Part shown: positions 33,014 to 39,472 of the stretch, piece after piece
How positions within the stretch are numbered: position 1 is the first letter of the stretch
Layout of the letters: every line of letters begins with the position of its first letter
NCBI GenBank assembly: GCA_003990765.1
Contig: RBNJ01000140.1
Location: forward strand, 1-39,472
Source: Jimgerdemannia flammicorona
Taxonomy: Eukaryota
Reading direction: 5' to 3'
Length of the DNA: 39,472 nt
Position numbers and translations under genes: made by a program
The notes under the pieces: model-generated
Seen by the model: only the letters and a program-made list of their open reading frames with translations
Database searches by the model: none
Told to the model about the DNA's origin: nothing

Positions 33014-36000
33014 TTAGAGCTGTAGTTCCTTCCTTTGCTGGGGGGTGAGTGTTTCCATGTAGTCCTGGAGGGCTTCATGTGTATTCTTCAGGACTTCTTC
33101 TTTTTCCCAGGTGGCATCGTGGGTGGGGTAACTCTTCCACTTGATCAGGAAAAAGTGCTTGACTGTTTTGGGATATTTGCGGACCTTGTGGTTAAGTACT
33201 TCCTCAATTTCGAATTCCTCATGATCATTGATCCTAATTGAGGGTGGTGGTGGAACTATATGCTTGGGGAATGGGTTCTCATAGTAGTCCACCAATTGGC
33301 TGATATGGAATACCGAGTGTACTCGAATATTGTGGAGAAGTTGCAACTTGTAGTTGACTTCGCTGATTTTTTCCATGATCTTGTATGGTCCAATTCTTCT
33401 AGCATGGAGTTTCTTGGCTGGTTGTTGTGCCAGGGTGTCTGGGTGGAGGTGGTCTGTTCTAAGCATAACCTTGTCACCAATATTGTAGGAGGCTTCTCTT
33501 CACTTCAAATTCGCATACTTGGTCTGGTAGTCTTGTGATTCTATGAGAGCATCTCTTGTCATTTGTATAAGGTCAGAAATGGTCTTGGCCAGATCTTGGG
33601 CTGCTGGGACTGCTGATTTCGCAGTAGTACTTGGGGTCCTTGGGTGTTGACCATGGTTCAGGAAGAATGGAGCCTTCTTTGTGGAGGTTTGCTGACTGTT
33701 GTTGTAGGCAAACTCAGCATGGGCTAGGTACTTATCCCAATCATTTTGCTTGTAACAGCAGAAGATGCTAAGCATCTGTTTGAGAGTCCTGTTTGTTCGC
33801 TCGGTTTGACCGTCAGTCTGAGGGTGGTAGGCAGTAGAGAACTTCAGCTTGGTTCCATGGAGGGAGAAAAATGCCTTCCAGAAGTTGCTTGTGAACTTGG
33901 CATCTCGGTCAGATACAATGGTGCTAGACATGCTATATAGCCTGAATACTTAGTTGAGAAAGATCTTGGCAATCTCTGGTGCTGTAGCAGTAGTCTTGGT
34001 GGGTACAAAATGGGCTTGTTTACTTAGGCAGTCCACGAATACAATGATGGCATCCCATCCTGCCTTGGTCTTGGGGAGTTGGACAATGAAGTCCATCACA
34101 ATCTGATCCCAATTGTGACTCGGGATAGGCAAGGGTTGCAGGAGTCCTGCTGGTAGCTTGTTACAACTTTTGAACCTTTGGCACATCTTGCATGAGGCCA
34201 CAAAGTCTTTGATATCCTTGGTCATCTTTGGCCAGTAGAACTCTCTTGAGAGGAGGTTGTACATCTTTTCAAAACCAAAGTGTCCTGCCACTGGAGTATC
34301 ATGGAGTTCCTGCATGATTTTGAGTCACAGAGTATCATTGTTGGGTACAACTACTCTGTCATGGTCTCTGTAGATAAGTCCATCACGGTAGGTGAATCTC
34401 TTGGCCATTTGCCTCATGGGTTCTGGAACCTTGGCCTCTGGGTCTTGGCAGAATTGAAGGAAATTCATCAGGGGCTGTCTTGCTGGTAGCCATCTTTGAT
34501 CATTTGGGTAAGGTCTCCGATTACTTCAACCATGAAGATAAGTTCATCTTCCATGTACCTGGAGAAACCATCAGCCACACGGTTGGTTTTGCCTGGGATA
34601 TACTTGATTTCCATATCAAAGTTGGTAATGATTTCCATCCAGCAGGCTTGTCTGTGGGTCAGCATGGGCTGTGTGTGAATATACCACAGTGCATGGTGAT
34701 CAGTGTAGGCCACAAATAGCTGTCCTAGGAGGAAATGGCGCCATTCCTGGAGTGCAGTGACAATAGCCAGGAGTTCCTTCTCATGGGTGGTATACCAGGT
34801 CTCAGCTGGTTTGAGCTTTTGGGAGAGGTAGGCCACTGGGCAGTCTTCTTGACTGAGCACTACTCCAATAGCAATATCAGAGGCATCTGTGGTCAGAGTG
34901 AATGGTCTGGTAGGATCAGGGGCAATTAGCACTAGGGCCTTGGTAAGGAGTCTCTTGAGATGGTCTATAGCCAGGGTGCATTCAGGGGTCCATTCAGCTT
35001 TGATGTTCTCTCCTTTACAGGCCAGACTGGTCAATGGGGCTACAATAGCAGAGTATCCTTGGATAAACCTTCAGTAATAACCGACAATACCCAGAAAGCA
35101 TTGGAGTAGCTTGAGGGTAGTAGGGATAGGGATATCCTTAAGAGCTGATACTTTTTGGGGGTCCATGTTGATACCTTCAGCAGAGATGATGTATCCTAAG
35201 TACTCGATCTGGTCTTGGTAGAACTTGCATTTGCTCATCTTGGCATAGAGCTGGTGTTCTCGCAGGAGGGTCAGTACTTGTCTAAGGTGGATGTAGTGTA
35301 GCTCTACTGTCTCACTATAGATTAGTATATCATCAATATACACAAGGACACAGATGTTGAGGAGTGGTTCAAAGATGTCATTTATCAGATACTGGAATGT
35401 TGCTGGTGCATTGGTCAATCCAAAAGGCATGACTCGGAACTGGTAGTGTCCAAACTGTATTCGGAAGGCTGTCTTCTCAATGTCCTTCTCATCAATGAGA
35501 ATCTGGTGGTAGCTATTTCACAAATCCAGTAGAGAAAAGGTTTTGGCCTTGAAGATTTGGTATAGCAACTCATCAATCCTGGGCAAGGCATATCAGTTCT
35601 TGATGGTGATCTTGTTGAGGGCTCTGTAGTCAATACACATTCACAGAGAGCCATCCTTCTTCTTGTCAAATAGAATTGGGGCTCCAAATGGAGAGCAGCT
35701 GGGTTCAATGTATCCTTGGGCCAGTAATTTGGTCAATTCATCCTTGAGGGTCTTGAGGTCAGGTTGGGCCAGTTGGTAGATACTCTTGTATGGGGGTTCA
35801 GATCCTGGGATAAGATCAATTCCATGTTGGATTTGACACTTGGGTGAAAGTCCTTGAGGATCTTGGAATACATCTTGGAATCCTTCAAATAGTTCTTGAG
35901 CTTCTGTTGGAATTGGGCTACTTGTGGCTTCAGTGACTTCTTGTACTGTACAGATAAAGTAGGTGTTTCCCTTTTTTCGAGAGAGTCTCTTCATTTGAAT

Positions 36001-38984
36001 GGCAGAGATGATTTCGATTCCTTGATGGTTGGTACCTTCCTGGGGTATCAGGGTGATCTTTCTGCCTTCATGGGTCAGGTTAACCTCATTGGTTCTCCAG
36101 TTGATGTCTGGGTCAACCAGGCTTTTCCTAAGGTAATGTCTTGCCCTGGGAGGTCTACAATGCTGAAGTCTAACTTCTCTTGATATTTGCTAATCTTGAG
36201 CAAAAGGTCTTCGCAGATCTTGGTCAATGGTGCAGTCTTTCCATCACCAAAGGTAACACTTCTTTTCTCAGTAGTGGGTCTGCTTCGGGCTCCAATCCTC
36301 TTGGTAGTCTTGGTGCTGATGTAGTTTCCAGTAGCACCACTATCAAGCAAGACATTGACATTTTGTCTGTGGACTTGGCCTGTGAACTTGATGCAACTAT
36401 CCTCCTTCTTGATGATATTGAGCTCTTCATCCTCGTTGTTGTCCCAATTGCTGCCAGTCTCCTCAAAGTCCATTTCTCCCCATCCTTTGCAAGGAGGGTT
36501 GTCTTGTTTGGGTTCCTCAGTCTGTTGAGCTTGGCGCTTCTCGGATTGAATTTTGAAAACTTTGGAGAGGCATGAATAGCATTCACCAATATATTCCATG
36601 CAGTACATTTGAATAGAATGAGGGCATCGTCCACATGGTGCATAACCATCTGCAATTCTCTTGTACTAGTTTTCATCATCTTCCTTCATGGTAGTGACCT
36701 TTTGACTGGGAGGTTTGTTGGTAGATCCAAACCCTTTCTTGCCATGGTCTGTCTGGGAGAGTTCGGGGACTTCTTCAATGGTGAGATCTTGACAGATTTC
36801 TTCAATGATTGCTTGGGCAATTCTTTGGCCTGTTTTGACTTCAAATGATGTATCTCCAAAATTTTGCAAGATGACATGGATTTCACCAGTAAATCCTTGG
36901 TCAACTACTCCTCCTCCTAGCCCAATGTTGAATTCTTTGGCTAGGCTGCTTCGCTCAGCAAGGCAGATGTATGTACCTCTGGGGGCTTGCATTGCAATTC
37001 CTGTTCACACTGTAGCATTGGTACTTGGTGGGATGGTTAGGTCTTGGCTGCTGTAGAGGTCATATCCAGCATCAGTTGGGTGGACCTTAGTGGGGATGGT
37101 AGCCTTGTATCATATCTTTTGTACTTTGATGACATTCTCAGGGTTCTTCTTTCCTGGACCTTCTCCAATAACAGTAATGTTCTGGTTACTGGGTTTGCCT
37201 GATCTGTTTCTTTTCTCAGGGCATTTGACTGAGATATGTCCTGCCTTCTTGCAGATGAAGCACAATCCTTTTTCGCAGAGCTGCTTCTTCTCATCCTCAG
37301 TGGGAGGTCTGGGTCCTCTGGGGTTTTGCTGGTTCCTTTGATCATATCTTTGATCATATCTTTGGTCATTTCTTTGATTATTTCTCCTGGTAGGATTTCT
37401 TCTGTCTTGGTTATCCTTCTTGTGTTCTTGATTTCATGGAGCTTGTGTAGCAAGGATTTCACGGGCTCTTCTTTGTACTTGGGCAAAGCACCATGAATAG
37501 TGGGGGCATCCTTGGGGAAGACCTTGTTCCTTGATCTTCTGGGTGAGCCAGTCTGGTAGGGCTGCAAAGAGATAGTTGGCTCTGGTACCATTGATGGCCA
37601 AATTGTTCTCCTGGTAGGTAAGTCCAACCATTTTGAGATATGCATCTATTCTAGTGGCAAAGGTCTCTAGATCCTCTTCGCCATTCTTGTGAAACTTCAT
37701 CTGGGACGTTTGTTCCATGTTTCTTGTATGTAGGCCATATTTCAGAATTTGGTCAGTAACAAGGCCTTGAGTCCTGGGCCTACTTCATAGTCATCCCAAC
37801 CTGGTCTATTGTTGCCAGGTACTTGTCCATTGACTTGAGGGTGGGTTTCCCAGATTACTGGGTGTTATTCCAAGGTTCGCCAGAATTCGGCTGCTGTTCC
37901 AGTGAAGAATGTGGCTACTGTTTCTACTTGTGCTGCTTGATGTGGCAAACAGCTGTTGAAGGGTGCTGTTCTGGTTGTTGGTGAGCATTCCTATAGGTTC
38001 TCAGTTGTCATTCCATTGGTTTGCTCGGTAGTCTGTGTCAACTGCATTGATGAAGTTTTCAATGTCACTGTTTTTTCCACTGAATGTTGGAATTTGCAAG
38101 GTCTTGGTTGGTTTGTTCTGTTCAGCAATTTGTCCTACTATCCCTGCTAGTGCTGCTAGCTGGGTGGTCAGTGCTGTAATATTAGCATCTACCATTGTAT
38201 TGACTAGTGGTAGTGGGCCTGTTGGGGTAGGTTTTCCTGAAGATTGTTCTGCTTAGTGGGGTTGTGGTGCTGTATGACTTGGGGTTACTTGGTTCCCAGA
38301 TATTAAGTCAAAGAGTCCTGTGAGAGAGGGTAAACCAAACCGCTGTATAGGTGGTTGGGTTGGTTCTGGGGTCTGATCTTCTTGACCTGTGGTTCCTTGG
38401 TAAATTCCTAGGCCTGCTGTTCCTCGTTGGCTATCATCAGACTGGTGACCTGTAGATTCTTCGTCTGACTCCCTTCCCTGATGAGATAGTGCGTCCTCGT
38501 ACTGACTAGATCCTTCAAAGAGGATATCAGTCTCTGGCTGAGTTGATGAGCCTGCTCCTTGTTTAGCAGTAGGGGATGGATGGCCTGCTTGCTCATTCTC
38601 ATACCTAGTTATGGCAGAGGTATAGTATACAACTAGCCTGTAGTAGAGGGAGGTCTTGGTTGGGGTATGATGATATCTGTCAGAGGCAATCCACTTGGCA
38701 GCTGCTTCTCTTGCAGCAGAGGGTGTAATATAATCTAAAAAATCCTGGGTGGCTGCAGTAGTAGATTCTGGGATCCTAGTGGTTCCAATGTGTCCTCGGA
38801 GGAGTTTGTAGAACCTATGGCAGCTAATAATATTCCTAAGTCCTGGGTGGTATATCCTAAAGGCCTGGTATAGATCCTTATAAGCCTGGTCAATTACAAG
38901 CTAGTGGGTTCTTGGGTCTGTGGTTTCCTGGTACCACCTGGTCCTAATGGCAAGGGCTTCTCTGGCTCTGGTTTGAGGATCCAC
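33014..38984 (-). pseudogene. gag-pol: gag-dUTPase-pol polyprotein of Gypsy-3
   Basis: CCHC knuckle, dUTPase, LLDSGATGNY, YIDD, TDASD, HDTPVAGH...CKMC, IGPYKI and chromodomain. Confidence 0.94.
36720..37105 (-). other. dut: dUTPase domain of Gypsy-3
   Basis: AGYDL, ERSSLA, GVVDQGFTGEI, GQRIAQ, GKKGFGST. Confidence 0.95.
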
Positions 38985-39070
38985 AGTTGTTTCTGGGGGT
39001 TACTCCTGTCCAAGGTTGGTCTTATTCCAACTTTAGGAGTGTGTTCTTTGGTACCTTCTTGGCTAGTAAA

Positions 39071-39082
39071 CCGCTGCTACCA
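39071..39082 (-). other. Primer-binding site of Gypsy-3
   Basis: Minus strand TGGTAGCAGCGG. Confidence 0.8.
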
Positions 39083-39085
39083 AGT

Positions 39086-39472
39086 TGTAATAACTCTCAC
39101 TTCTACCTTAGGATAATTAGGGAAGTGGACTATTACTTAGAGACTTAGTACACAATGTGTACCAAGAAGCCTTCAGTTTGAGGAAGCGCTCGCTTATAAG
39201 TAAGTATAGTGGCAGTGCCTTATCTTTCAAAGGTCTTTTTCTTGTATGCCTTCTGTTTCAAAGGTCTTTCTCTTGTGCCCTATTTTGAGGGTCTTGTTCT
39301 TTGCTGTGCACAGACTGAATTCGCCTTGGAATTCAGGTTCAATGGGTTTACTTAAGTCTTTGGGGGTTTATATACCAGTCTCAGTTCTGGCAGAAGTTAG
39401 CTAGGCTTCTGGAGTTTAGTCAGAAACACTAGAGTCACTTAGATGTCATTACTAAGAATCAGGGGAATGTGT
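39086..39472 (-). repeat. 5' LTR of Gypsy-3 (partial; about 12-bp deletion near 39107)
   Basis: Begins TGTAATA and matches 30728 onward. Confidence 0.95.

Larger units (their letters stand above)
30728..39472 (-). mobile_element. Gypsy-3: near full-length copy of the same dUTPase chromovirus, 5' LTR cut by the window edge
   Basis: Collinear with Gypsy-1 throughout; both of its LTRs share a diagnostic GCTTATAAGTAAGT variant. Confidence 0.96.

Overview
Eukaryotic, apparently entirely transposon-derived region. I found no host genes, RNA genes or CRISPR arrays. It is a nest of two retroelement types. (1) Three copies of one Ty3/gypsy chromovirus family, all on the minus strand: a complete copy at 121-9311 (817-bp TGTAATA...TATTACA LTRs, CAACC target-site duplication), a remnant 5' LTR plus leader at ~27015-27962, and a copy at 30728 that runs off the window. 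Domain order is unusual: long Met-free Gag extension - Gag/CCHC - dUTPase - extra Cys/His cluster - protease - RT - RNase H - integrase - chromodomain, then an extra ORF in the env position. (2) Six pieces of L1/Tx1-like LINEs from two related families. Family 1 is LINE-A (minus; 1-120 plus 9312-14998) and LINE-B (plus; 15010-20785), joined almost exactly head-to-head. Family 2 is an ORF1 fragment (20786-21125), full-length LINE-C (21127-27014), LINE-D (27963-30229) and the 5' end of LINE-E (30230-30727). Nearly all ORFs are broken by C>T/G>A transitions; only LINE-C ORF1 (675 aa) is intact. The host cannot be determined from the sequence; a fungus or alga is plausible. All alignments were done by eye and domain boundaries are approximate.
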